Source: Thermoplasmata archaeon (lineage in GTDB: Archaea > Thermoplasmatota > SW-10-69-26 > JACQPN01 > JAJPHT01). From it: DNA of 42,078 bases. Location: the NCBI GenBank assembly GCA_034667685.1, contig JAXDQU010000068.1, positions 1 through 42,078 of the forward strand, in the 5' to 3' direction. The notes beneath the pieces were generated by a model, which did not search any database, was not told where the DNA came from, and saw only the letters and a list, made by a program, of their open reading frames with translations. The translations under genes and the position numbers were made by a program. Below are positions 8,626-17,700 of the stretch, in pieces. How positions within the stretch are numbered: the stretch's first letter is position 1; every line of letters begins with the position of its first letter.

Positions 8626-8988
8626 ATGGACCTGCGCTGGCGGGGCGGACTGGAGGATGCGCTCGCGCTGGCGCGCCTGCTCGCGGCCGGGCGCGACGTG
8701 ACGCTCGTGCCCGCGCCCGACGAGGTGGTGCCGGCCTTCCTCGTGCAGGCGCAGGCCGCGGCGCTGGCGCTCGCAACGAAGGAAGCTGGGGACGCAGGCT
8801 GGCGCGCGTTCGTCTGCGCCTCGCCGGAGAAGGACGACCTCGGCCGGTTCGTGGAGGAGACGCCGCCCGGCGCGCGGACGCTCGTGGTGGACGGCCCGCT
8901 CTTCGCGCGGCGCGTCGAGGTGGTCGCCGGCGACGTCGTCCCCTGGGGCGCGGGGTGGCGGCTGGCGCTCGACCTCAAGGGGTGCTGA
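8626..8988 (+). CDS. Hypothetical protein
   Basis: GC3-rich codon pattern; 3 nt gap to the next gene. Confidence 0.6.
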   Translation: MDLRWRGGLEDALALARLLAAGRDVTLVPAPDEVVPAFLVQAQAAALALATKEAGDAGWRAFVCASPEKDDLGRFVEETPPGARTLVVDGPLFARRVEVVAGDVVPWGAGWRLALDLKGC

Positions 8989-8991
8989 GCC

Positions 8992-9747
8992 GTGAGGGAG
9001 CCCGAGCTCGATCGCATCCGCCGGCAGATCGAGGCCGGCTTCGCCCAGGAGGGGTTCCCGATCACGCGGCCCGTCGCCATCGCGATCCGCAAGGACCTGC
9101 CGCCCGCCGCGACGACGTTCCGCGACGGCGAGCGCTTCGTCATCCTGGTGAGCGACCGCGCCGCGGAGAGCGACGACGTCGCGCTGCTCCTCGCGCACGA
9201 GCTGGGCCACGTCCAGCGCATGGACTCCGGGCACGCCTCGCACGACGACGACGCGATCACCGCGGCGTACGCGGCCATCGAGCCGCGCCTGCGCCACGAG
9301 TACGAGCGCAGGACGATCCACCACGCGATCAACTTCACGCAGGACCTCTACGCGGACCCGCTGAGCCTGCGCGTCGCGCGGCGCCTCGGCCTCGTGGCGC
9401 CCGGCGCGATCGAGGCGCTCATCGCCGGCTTCACCAACGACGAGCCCTACGAGATCGACGACCCGCTCGCGCGCCGCTGGGACCAGACCGAGGACATGGT
9501 GGGCAACGCCCGCGCCATCGCGCTCGCGCGCCTGGCCGACGCGCCCCAGGCCCGCGAGCGCGCGGAGCGGCGCCAGGGACGATATCTCGCCCGCATCGCG
9601 CCCGACATCGCGCGCGAGGCGCCGTGGTTCCAGGCGCGGCTCGACGACCTGCCCGAGGACGTCACGCGCGAGGCGTTCGCGCAACTGCTCGTGGAGTACG
9701 TGCGGCGCTTCGTCGCGACGGCCGGGCTCAGCGCGGACGGACGTTGA
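8992..9747 (+). CDS. HExxH metallopeptidase-like protein (DUF5781-like)
   Basis: LLAHELGHVQRMDSGHASH, QDLYAD. Confidence 0.7.
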   Translation: MREPELDRIRRQIEAGFAQEGFPITRPVAIAIRKDLPPAATTFRDGERFVILVSDRAAESDDVALLLAHELGHVQRMDSGHASHDDDAITAAYAAIEPRLRHEYERRTIHHAINFTQDLYADPLSLRVARRLGLVAPGAIEALIAGFTNDEPYEIDDPLARRWDQTEDMVGNARAIALARLADAPQARERAERRQGRYLARIAPDIAREAPWFQARLDDLPEDVTREAFAQLLVEYVRRFVATAGLSADGR

Positions 9748-10174
9748 GCGCGTCGAGGATGCCCTCGGCGAGCTTCGTCGCCGCGGGCGAAGGGCGCGTC
9801 TTGGGCACGGTGCGGTTCCACGCGGGGCGCGCGCCGGCGCGGTGCAGGTGCTCCTGGATGAGCGCGGCCTCCAGGCCGGGCACCTCCTCCGCCTTCTCGA
9901 CGACGACGTAGAGCACGTCGGCCTCGCCACCCGCGGCCTGGAACTCGGCCAGCGGGCGCTGGACGCCGTGCAGCACCGTCTTGCCCGCGCCCGCGGAGCC
10001 CAAGGCGTACGCGACGCGGCGGCGCAGGCTGCTGGAGAGGCCGACGTAGAGGACCTCGCCGAGCGTGTGCTCCGTGGCGCCCATCAGGCGGCAGACGAGG
10101 ACGTAGACGCCCGGCGCGTCCGGGACGTTGGGCAGCGTGCCGCCAAGGCGGACGTCTATCGGTATTCCCTCCAC
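9728..10174 (-). CDS. Stand-alone GIY-YIG nuclease
   Basis: PGVY...LYVGLSSSLRRR...LEAALIQ...PAWN carries the Tyr, Tyr, Arg, Glu, Asn set; the GTG start lies inside the duplicated TFS end. Confidence 0.78.
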   Translation of the reverse strand: MEGIPIDVRLGGTLPNVPDAPGVYVLVCRLMGATEHTLGEVLYVGLSSSLRRRVAYALGSAGAGKTVLHGVQRPLAEFQAAGGEADVLYVVVEKAEEVPGLEAALIQEHLHRAGARPAWNRTVPKTRPSPAATKLAEGILDALNVRPR

Positions 10175-10259
10175 TTCCGGCCGAAGCCGACTGTCACCGA
10201 AGCTTCGGCCTCAGTGTCGGGAAACCGGTTCGCTTCGCTCACCGGTATTCCCTCCACTT
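10156..10259 (-). repeat. 3'-end duplication cassette at TFS
   Basis: 10239-10259 vs 10156-10176 are 18/21 identical and both encode KWREYR*; antisense arm 10213-10229; hairpin 10179-10210. Confidence 0.9.
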
Positions 10260-10556
10260 GTGCCCGCACTTCGTGCATTCGAGGAAGCGCGTCGTGGCCT
10301 CATCCGCGCTGCGCGTCTGCCGCATGTAGTAGTACGCGGCGTGGTTGCCGCACTTCTCGCAGGCGTACTCGTTCGTCGTGGGGAGCAGGCTGACCTTCTC
10401 CATGCTCTCGACCATGACGGATTTCTTCTCGTCGATTACCTGCTTGCTGTGGACGACGTTCTCGCCCGCGACGGCCTTCTTCGTGTAGCCGCACTTGGGG
10501 CACGTCAGCACGCCGTTGACAGGCTTGAGCATCGCCTTGTCGTTCGGGCAGAACAT
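10239..10556 (-). CDS. tfs: Transcription factor S (TFS/RpoM)
   Basis: MFCPND...CPKCGY and CEKCGN...QTRSADE...CTKCGHKWREY, with the catalytic DE pair. Confidence 0.95.
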   Translation of the reverse strand: MFCPNDKAMLKPVNGVLTCPKCGYTKKAVAGENVVHSKQVIDEKKSVMVESMEKVSLLPTTNEYACEKCGNHAAYYYMRQTRSADEATTRFLECTKCGHKWREYR

Positions 10557-10640
10557 TGGCGAGCGCACGCGCGGTCTGGTTGAAAACGCTTCGCTCTGGA
10601 ACTTGCGGCGCCCGACGAGGGGTGCCGCAAGGCCGGGAAC

Positions 10641-10829
10641 GCGACGTGCAAGGTGTGCCGTGAACGTGAACGTTGAACGAACGCCGTGAACGAGAACGAC
10701 GCGGCGCCCACGTCTGGGCTAGATCTGGCCAGATCTAGCTGAGCCGCGGCGCCCTCGCGCCGTCGTTCACGTTCACGGCGTTCGTTCAACGTTCACGTTT
10801 CACGTCGGACGTTCCGCGTTGCACGTCGC
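10641..10829. repeat. Nested palindromic element built from GAACG units
   Basis: Outer IR 10641-10651/10819-10829; arms 10660-10701/10761-10803; central 22-bp palindrome 10718-10739. Confidence 0.85.
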
Positions 10830-10831
10830 CG

Positions 10832-12040
10832 CTAGTGCGAGTGCGGCAGGCTCTCCGGGTCCACGTAGGGCAGCACGGGCGGCGGGGCGTGGTCGTACAC
10901 GACGGTGACGTCCTCGACGGCCTCGCACTGCGCGCCTTGGCGCAGCGTGACGACGAGGTTGTACGTGGTGGCGGCGACGCGGCCGTTGGTGCTGGACGGA
11001 TTGCCCGTGGGGCCAGCGAGCGTGTCCTGCGTGGCGCCCTGCTCCTGGAGGTGCCATTCGCCGGCGCACGCGCTCGCGGGCTCGGTCTGGCCGGTGGGGC
11101 CGAGGTTCTGCGCGACGGGGTCGAGGAAGGTGACGTTGACGAACGCGGTGCCGTTGTAGTCCAGCTTGAACGCCTTCGTGTCGGAGGCCGCGACGCCCGC
11201 GGGCACGCCGTCCGCCTGCGGGGGCGCGCCGCTCGCGAGGGTCACGTTGAACGTGTTGTGGTACGTCGCGGGGAAGGGCGCGACGTAGATCGGGTAGTCC
11301 GCCTCGCCCATGCGGCCTTCGGCGTCGTGCACGATGACGACGACGCGGCTCCAGCCGTTGCCCGTGAGCGTGATCGTGCCCCGGTCGTTGGCGAGCGGCT
11401 GGAGCTTCACGGGCGCGTTCTGCGCGGAGAGCGTCGAGGTGTGCGGCTGGCTCCCGACGTTGTGGTACGTCACGACGGAGCCCGTGGGGATGGTGAGGTT
11501 CTCGGGCACGAAGCGGAAGTCGTGCGGCGTCGCGCCGTCCTCGACGTAGACGTCGTAGCGCGTGGGGCCCGCGAGGCCGTCGATGACGGTGACGTTGGCG
11601 CGCATCCACTGAAAGTGCGGATGGCAATGCATCTGGTAGACGCCGGGCACGCCGAACGTCAGCGAGCGGCTCTCGCCGGGCGGCATGTAGTCGTCCGCGC
11701 GCTTCGAGCCCGTGTCGAGCCCGGTCGCCTTCTGCGCGAGGGGCGCGGTGCCCAGCATCGGCCCCACGGCCCACGTCCACGTGAAGGGCGCCTTGCCCTC
11801 CGGGGGCAGCGCGGCCGCGACGTCCATCGTCGTGCCCGATTCGACCCAGGCGGGGATCGGGTTCACGGCCGTGATGCTCGTCGTGAGCATGGGGAGCGCC
11901 GGCGGGGGCGAGGCGGGCGCGTCGGGCGTCGGCGCGGGCGGGAGCGCCTCGCGCTGCTCGGGACCCCCGTCCCGGTGGAACGTCCCCACGCAGCCCGCCA
12001 GAAGGAGGGAGGCCGCGAGCAGGAGGAGTGCCGTGCGCAC
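10832..12040 (-). CDS. Blue-copper (cupredoxin) lipoprotein with PKD-like domain
   Basis: LLLAGC; YQMHCHPHFQWM type-1 copper motif; FVPENLTIPTGSVVTYHN...PHT. Confidence 0.8.
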   Translation of the reverse strand: MRTALLLLAASLLLAGCVGTFHRDGGPEQREALPPAPTPDAPASPPPALPMLTTSITAVNPIPAWVESGTTMDVAAALPPEGKAPFTWTWAVGPMLGTAPLAQKATGLDTGSKRADDYMPPGESRSLTFGVPGVYQMHCHPHFQWMRANVTVIDGLAGPTRYDVYVEDGATPHDFRFVPENLTIPTGSVVTYHNVGSQPHTSTLSAQNAPVKLQPLANDRGTITLTGNGWSRVVVIVHDAEGRMGEADYPIYVAPFPATYHNTFNVTLASGAPPQADGVPAGVAASDTKAFKLDYNGTAFVNVTFLDPVAQNLGPTGQTEPASACAGEWHLQEQGATQDTLAGPTGNPSSTNGRVAATTYNLVVTLRQGAQCEAVEDVTVVYDHAPPPVLPYVDPESLPHSH

Positions 12041-12087
12041 GGGCCGGAGCACCCCATCGACCCACATAGGGTTTGTTGTGGGGACGT

Positions 12088-12438
12088 TCATGCGTCGGGC
12101 AGCCGGGGCGCGTCCCACGCGGTCGGCAGGCCGCCGTGGTAGCGCGTCTGCGACACGAGCGAATCGAGCGCCTCGGCCAGGTCCGCGAGACCCAGCCCCT
12201 CGAACCGCGCCGCCTGCGCGCGCAGCTTCGGGATCGCCTCCTTCGCCTGCCAGAGGAAGCCGGCCTCGTTCCGCGCCGCGAGGTGGTGGAGCGCCACGGC
12301 CGCCTTGATCAGGCCCAGCGTCGCCTCGCGCTCGCCGGCGTCGCCCGCGCCCCAGTGGTCCTCCCACGCCTCGTGCGCCTCGAACCAGCGTCCCGCGTTG
12401 AACTCGCGGATGCCTGGGCGGAGGCCCTCGGGGATCAC
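12088..12438 (-). CDS. DUF309 family protein
   Basis: FNAGRWFEAHEAWEDHW...GLIKAAVALHH. Confidence 0.9.
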   Translation of the reverse strand: MIPEGLRPGIREFNAGRWFEAHEAWEDHWGAGDAGEREATLGLIKAAVALHHLAARNEAGFLWQAKEAIPKLRAQAARFEGLGLADLAEALDSLVSQTRYHGGLPTAWDAPRLPDA

Positions 12439-12482
12439 GGTCGCCCCCAGCCTCAGCCTCGGCCTTAGCCCCTCGCCCGACG

Positions 12483-12563
12483 TCAACACGAAGCCACGAA
12501 GCCACGAAGAGCACGAAGTCTCAGGACGTTCGTGCTCTTCGTGGCTTCGTGCCTTCGTGTTGA
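12483..12563. repeat. CACGAAG-unit inverted repeat (copy 1)
   Basis: Four CACGAAG units, short loop, four (C)TTCGTG units. Confidence 0.9.
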
Positions 12564-12570
12564 GCGGGCG

Positions 12571-13020
12571 TCAAGCGCACTTGCCGAAGTCAGTATCCCC
12601 GAGCCGCTCGAAGTTCCCGGGCAGCGCCAGCCAGCGCCGCGCCTCCTCGACGATCTGCGCGTGGTCGAACGCCAGCTCCGGCAGCTTGTCGAGCGCGAAC
12701 CAGCGCGCCTCGTCGGCGTCGTCCCCGGCCGCCACCGCGACGATGCCGCCGACCTTGCAGACGTAGGCGACGGTGACGGTGTGGCCGCGCGGGTCGCGCT
12801 TCGGATCGCCGTAGACGCCCAGGAGGTCCACCAGGTCGCCCTTGAGGCCCGTCTCCTCCATCAGCTCGCGGCGGCAGGCGTCCTCGACGCGCTCGCCCAC
12901 CTCGACGAACCCGCCGGGCAGCGCCCACGCGCCGCGGAAGGGCTCGCGGCCGCGCCGGATGAGCAGGATCTCGTTTCCCTTGATCAGCACGGCGTCCGCG
13001 GTGAGCTTCGGCGAGTCCAC
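12571..13020 (-). CDS. Nudix hydrolase (ADP-ribose pyrophosphatase-like)
   Basis: Nudix box GGFVEVGERVEDACRRELMEETG; RDPRGH, AGDDA, LAFDH. Confidence 0.93.
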   Translation of the reverse strand: MDSPKLTADAVLIKGNEILLIRRGREPFRGAWALPGGFVEVGERVEDACRRELMEETGLKGDLVDLLGVYGDPKRDPRGHTVTVAYVCKVGGIVAVAAGDDADEARWFALDKLPELAFDHAQIVEEARRWLALPGNFERLGDTDFGKCA

Positions 13021-13023
13021 GTC

Positions 13024-13986
13024 TCAGCGCCTCAACGCGGGACGCACGGCGCTCCCGTCCCTTGGCGCTATCGTCGGCGCCACGTCGGGGGTCGGGATGC
13101 GGACGGGCGGGGCGACGAGGTCGAGGCCGAGCCGCTCCTCGTGCTCCAGCGCCTCGGCGGTGCGGGCGTAGAGGACGACGCGCGCCGGCTCGCCGGTGGG
13201 CACGCCCTCGCCCGGGTTCAGGTAGAGAGTGATCGTCGCGCGCTCGCCCGGCTCCAGCGGGAGGCGCGGGACGGAGATGGCCGCGGTCCACCCTTCCGGC
13301 GCCTCCCGGATGCCCAGGTGGGCGACGCGGGGGCGCTCGGAGGCGTTCCGGACGACGACGCGCTGGAGCTGCTCGCGGCGCAGCCCCCACGGGAGGAGCG
13401 GGCCGTCCACCTCCAGCGCGAGGCCGGTCTCGCGCTCGCGCCAGGCGGCCGCGAGCGCGCGGCGGCGCCGGACCTCCGCGTACGTCACGACAGCGACGAC
13501 GAGCGCGCTGCCGGCGACGAAGAGGCCCACCTGGAGCGGCGTCGTGCGCGGCGGCGGGACGGGCGCGGGCGGATCGACGCGCGCGAGCGTGGCGGCCTGG
13601 TGCGCGGTCGCGGTGCGGCCCGTGTTGGGCTCGGTGAGCGTCGCGCCGACGTCGAGCGGGCCGCGGGCCTCCCCGTGCCCCGCGGCGGGGGCGAGGACGT
13701 GGAGGATGACCATCTGCGTGCCGCCCTGCGCCGCGAGCGGGAAGGTGCGCGGCTCGGCGCGGACGTCCCAGCCGGGGAGCGCGCCCAGCGTGAGGCTGAC
13801 GCTGGCCGCCAGCGAGCCCGGGTTGCTCACGTTCGCGTAGAGCGTCGACTCGTTGCCCGCGTCCACGCGCAGCTCGCTCGCGGAGAGGGAGAGCGTCACC
13901 TGCGGGCTCGTCTGCGGGACCTGCGCGAGCGCCGCCGGGATGGCGAGGGCGAGCGCGAGGAGGAGGACGAGGGGCGCGAGGCGCAT
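13024..13986 (-). CDS. Single-pass membrane protein with Ig-like domains on both sides of the TM helix
   Basis: Signal peptide; VSNPG...LPGWDV; TM VGLFVAGSALVVAVV; VRNAS...PEGWTA...LEPGE. Confidence 0.7.
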   Translation of the reverse strand: MRLAPLVLLLALALAIPAALAQVPQTSPQVTLSLSASELRVDAGNESTLYANVSNPGSLAASVSLTLGALPGWDVRAEPRTFPLAAQGGTQMVILHVLAPAAGHGEARGPLDVGATLTEPNTGRTATAHQAATLARVDPPAPVPPPRTTPLQVGLFVAGSALVVAVVTYAEVRRRRALAAAWRERETGLALEVDGPLLPWGLRREQLQRVVVRNASERPRVAHLGIREAPEGWTAAISVPRLPLEPGERATITLYLNPGEGVPTGEPARVVLYARTAEALEHEERLGLDLVAPPVRIPTPDVAPTIAPRDGSAVRPALRR

Positions 13987-13995
13987 CGGCGCGCC

Positions 13996-14622
13996 TCAGT
14001 ACGGCTTGCTCTTGGGGTCGTTGCGGCCGATGCGGTCCTTGATGAGGTCCATGACGAGGTACTTCACGACCTCGACGTCGCCCCGGAGCGCCGCGAAGCT
14101 CGCGTCGGCCTGGTTCATGCGGCTGTCCACGAGCGAGACGACCTCGTCGCGCAGCTTGCGCACGTCCACGGCCAGGCGCTCCGTGTTCTCGCGCTGCTGC
14201 GAGCTGAGGCTCTGGAGCGAGCCGTCGGCCTGGTTGGCGAGCGCGAGGCGCGCCTCGTGGACCTGCGTGCTCAGGCTGTTCTGGAAGTTGATCAGGTGGT
14301 TGCGCGTGGCCTCGGCGTTGTCGCGCAGCGTCGTGGCGAGCGTGTTCGTGAGCGCGATGAGCTCCTCGGTGCGCTTCTCGGCGACGCCGTCGGTCCCCGT
14401 GATCGCGGTGGCCAGCGCGTCGAGCGCCTCCATGGTCTTGCGGTCCATGGCGTTGAGCGCGCTGAGCGTCACGTGCAGGCGGGCGGTCTCGCGGCCGCGC
14501 GACTCGTTGAGCTCGTGGTCGATCTGCTTGCGGGCCGTCTCGTCCGTCGAGATGCGGTGCAGCTCGCGCACGCCGATGTCGTACACGGTCGTCGTCGTCT
14601 GCGGGATGATCGTCTTCTGCAT
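13996..14622 (-). CDS. Hypothetical helical/coiled-coil protein
   Basis: Heptad-like L/E/R/Q-rich sequence; GC3-rich codons. Confidence 0.7.
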   Translation of the reverse strand: MQKTIIPQTTTTVYDIGVRELHRISTDETARKQIDHELNESRGRETARLHVTLSALNAMDRKTMEALDALATAITGTDGVAEKRTEELIALTNTLATTLRDNAEATRNHLINFQNSLSTQVHEARLALANQADGSLQSLSSQQRENTERLAVDVRKLRDEVVSLVDSRMNQADASFAALRGDVEVVKYLVMDLIKDRIGRNDPKSKPY

Positions 14623-14707
14623 GGGGGGACGCCTCTCCGTTCCAGCCAACCGGTGCTCGGTTGGGTAGTTGCTCCGACGACGCCCAGGGATTACTAAAGG
14701 ATTGCTC

Positions 14708-17700
14708 CTATGCAGCGGGCTGGGACCGCACCACGGGGAAGCTCACCGTGAACGTGGTGCCCTTCCCCAGCACGGTGTCGCACTCGATGCGGCCGTTGTG
14801 GGCCTCCACGATCCGCCGGACGATGGAGAGGCCCAGGCCGGTGCCCTCGGCCTTGGTGGTGAAGAACTCCTCGAACATGCGCTTGGCGACCTCGGGGGGC
14901 ATGCCCGTCCCGGTGTCGATGACCTTGAGGTAGGCCGCGTCGCCCTGGGCGCCGGTGATGAGCCGCACGACGCCGCCGTGGGGCATGGCCTCGGAGGCGT
15001 TCTGGAGCAGGTTCAGGACGAGCTGCTGGATCTGGGCGCGGTCCACCTCGCAGGGGGGCGTCGAGGCCAGCGTCTGCACGACGTCGATGCGGCCGCGGTA
15101 CGCCGCGCGGAAGAGCGAGAGCGCCTCGCCCGCGACGTTCTCCAGCCCGACGCGCTCGCGCACGCCCACCAGGGGGACCTTCGTGAAGCGGCGCAGGTCC
15201 TGCACGAGGCGGTTGATGCGGTCGATGCTCTCCAGCGCCATGTCCATGTGGCCGCGCAGGGCCTCGGCCTTGAGGTCCTCGGGCGCCTTCGCCTTGTCGA
15301 GGCGCAACTTGACCATGTAGAGGCTGTTGGCGATGGCCGTGAGCGGCGTGCGGATCTCGTGCGCGACGCCCGAGACGAGCGTGCCCATCGTCGAGAGCTT
15401 CTCGGCGCGGACGACCTGCTGGCGGGCGCGCTCCAGGTCCTCGCGGGCGCGGCGCGTCTCGGTCATGTCGCGCGTCAGCTTGGAGAAGCCCACGAGGCGG
15501 CCCGTCTCGTCGCGCAGCGGGGCCAGGAGCACGCTGGCGTAGAAGCGCGAGCCGTCCTTGCGGACGCGCCACCCCTCGATCTCGGAGCGGCCGGCCTCGA
15601 GCGCCGTGCCCAGCTCCTGGTCGGCGACCTCGGGCCCCTCCTCGCGCGGGTGGAGGATGCGGAAGTGCTCGCCCAGGACGTCGATGGCCTCGTAGCCGTG
15701 GATGCGCCGCGCGGCCTCGTTCCACGACGCGATGCGCCCCTCGGCGTCGAGGCCGATGATGGCGTGGTCCTTCACGCCGTCGATGAGGAGGCGGGCCCGC
15801 TCCTCGGACTCGCGCAGGGCCTGCTCGGCGCGCTTGCGCTCCGTGATGTCCATGAGCAGGAGGCCCACGCCCATCCGCTCGCCGGGACGCGCCTCGACGG
15901 GGTAGCACGAGACGAGCCAGTGGCGCGCGCGGCCGTGCGCGTGCTCCTCGACCTCCAGGTCCACGACGGGCTCGTCGCCCGCCAGCACCGCGCGGAAGCG
16001 GGCGCGCGTCTCCGCGGGCAGGAACGGCAGCGCCTCGTCGAGCTCCAGCCCCTCCGCGCGCACCGGCGCCCCGGCCGCGACGAGGGCCTCGTTGATGCGG
16101 GCGACGCGCATCTCGCCGTCGAAGAACGCGATGCCGATGGGCGCGCTCGCCAGCAGCGTCGTGAGCAGGGCCAGCGGCTCCTCGCGCCGGCGGATGGCGT
16201 CCTGCGCCTCGTGGAAGAGGCGGGCGTTGTCCACCGCGATCGCGGCCCTCAGCGCCAGCTCCTCGGCGAGGGGCACGTCGTTGACGCCGAAGCGCCGCAG
16301 GCCCGACTGGCGGAACGTGATGGCGCCCAGCACGCGGCCGCGCGCCGTCATGGGCACGATCATCTGCGAGACGACGCCCACCTTGCGCATCAGCTCGGCG
16401 TGGCGCGCGTCGAGGGCCATCCGGTCGAGGAGCGCGTCGGGCACCTCGAAGTGGATCTCGGGGCGGCCGGTGCGGATCACGCGCGCGATGCCGGTCTCGG
16501 CCTGCGGGGTCAGCTTGTACCCCCAGCGGATCTCGTCGACGAGGCCGGCCTTCGTCGTGTCGGCGTGCACAGAGGCCACCGACGAGATGCGAGCGTCGGA
16601 CTCCAGGAGGTGGACCATGCACCAGTCGGCGAAGACCGGCACGAGCATGCGCCCCATCTGCGCGAGCGTGTTCGCGTAGTCGAAGCTCGCCGCGAGGATG
16701 CGCGACGCGTCGGCCAGGAACGCCGCGCGGCGCGCCTCGTTGTCCGCGGAGGCGCGGGCGCTGCGCTCGGCGTTGAGCAGGCGCGAGCGCTCCACGGCGT
16801 CGCCGCACTGCCGCGCCAGCGCGCGAAGGAAGGAGAGGTCGTCCGCGTCGAACGCGCGCCGCTCCTCGAAGACGAACCCGAGCGCGCCCACCGTGCGCCC
16901 GTCCACCACGAGCGGGACCGCGACCAGCGAGCCCAGCTTCTCGTGGGCCGGCGAGGCGAGGTGCGGGTAGCGCGCGACGCCCGCGGGGATCGACTCGACC
17001 GCGACGATCTCCTTGCTGCGGCCCGCGTCGGCCAGCGGCACGCGCGCGTGGACCGGGAAGCGCCGGAAGGCGTTGTAGAGCGCGTCGGCCGCGCCCACCG
17101 TGCCCGCGATCTCGAAGCCGATGCGGTCGTCCGCGAGCGTGGCGAGCGCCCCGCCGCTGGCGCGCAGCCCTTCTCGCGCGCGGGTGACGACCGACTCGGT
17201 GATCTCCAGGGGGGTGAGCGCCTCCGAGAGCGAGGCGGCGACGTCCTGGAGGAGCTTGGCGCGCGCGCCGCTGCGCGAGGCCTGGTCGCGCGAGCGCTGG
17301 ACGAGGTCGTGCAGGCGCAGGTTCTCGATCTCCAGCGCGGCGCGGCGCGCCAGGTCGCGCAGCCAGGCGACCTCGGGCTCGCGGAACGCGCGCTCGGGCG
17401 CGACCTGCCCCACCGAGATGGCGCCCAGCACGCGCACGCGCCCGGCGATGGGGACGACGAGCCACGACGCGCCGCCCACCGTCTCCAGGGCGCGCGCCTC
17501 CTCCGGCGTGCGCGGGAGGTCCGGGTCGCCCGCGAGCCGCGCGACGAGGCGCGCGCCGCGCACGGCGTCGTGCGTGGAGAGGGGCGCGGTCGCGCCGCCC
17601 GCCTGGATCTGGGGCTCGCGGGCGCGCTCGCGGTGCGTGGACGCGACGCGCCGCAGCGTGCCGCCGGGCTCCACGAGGTCGACGGCGCACCAGTCGGCGA

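Noticed and set aside
7664-8776. 370-aa ORF as a second PCNA
   Set aside because: Only its last 11 residues match PCNA, via the duplicated end; the rest is an off-frame shadow
12483-12563. CACGAAG and GAACG repeats as CRISPR arrays
   Set aside because: Units are only 5-9 nt, inverted, with no unique spacers and no cas genes
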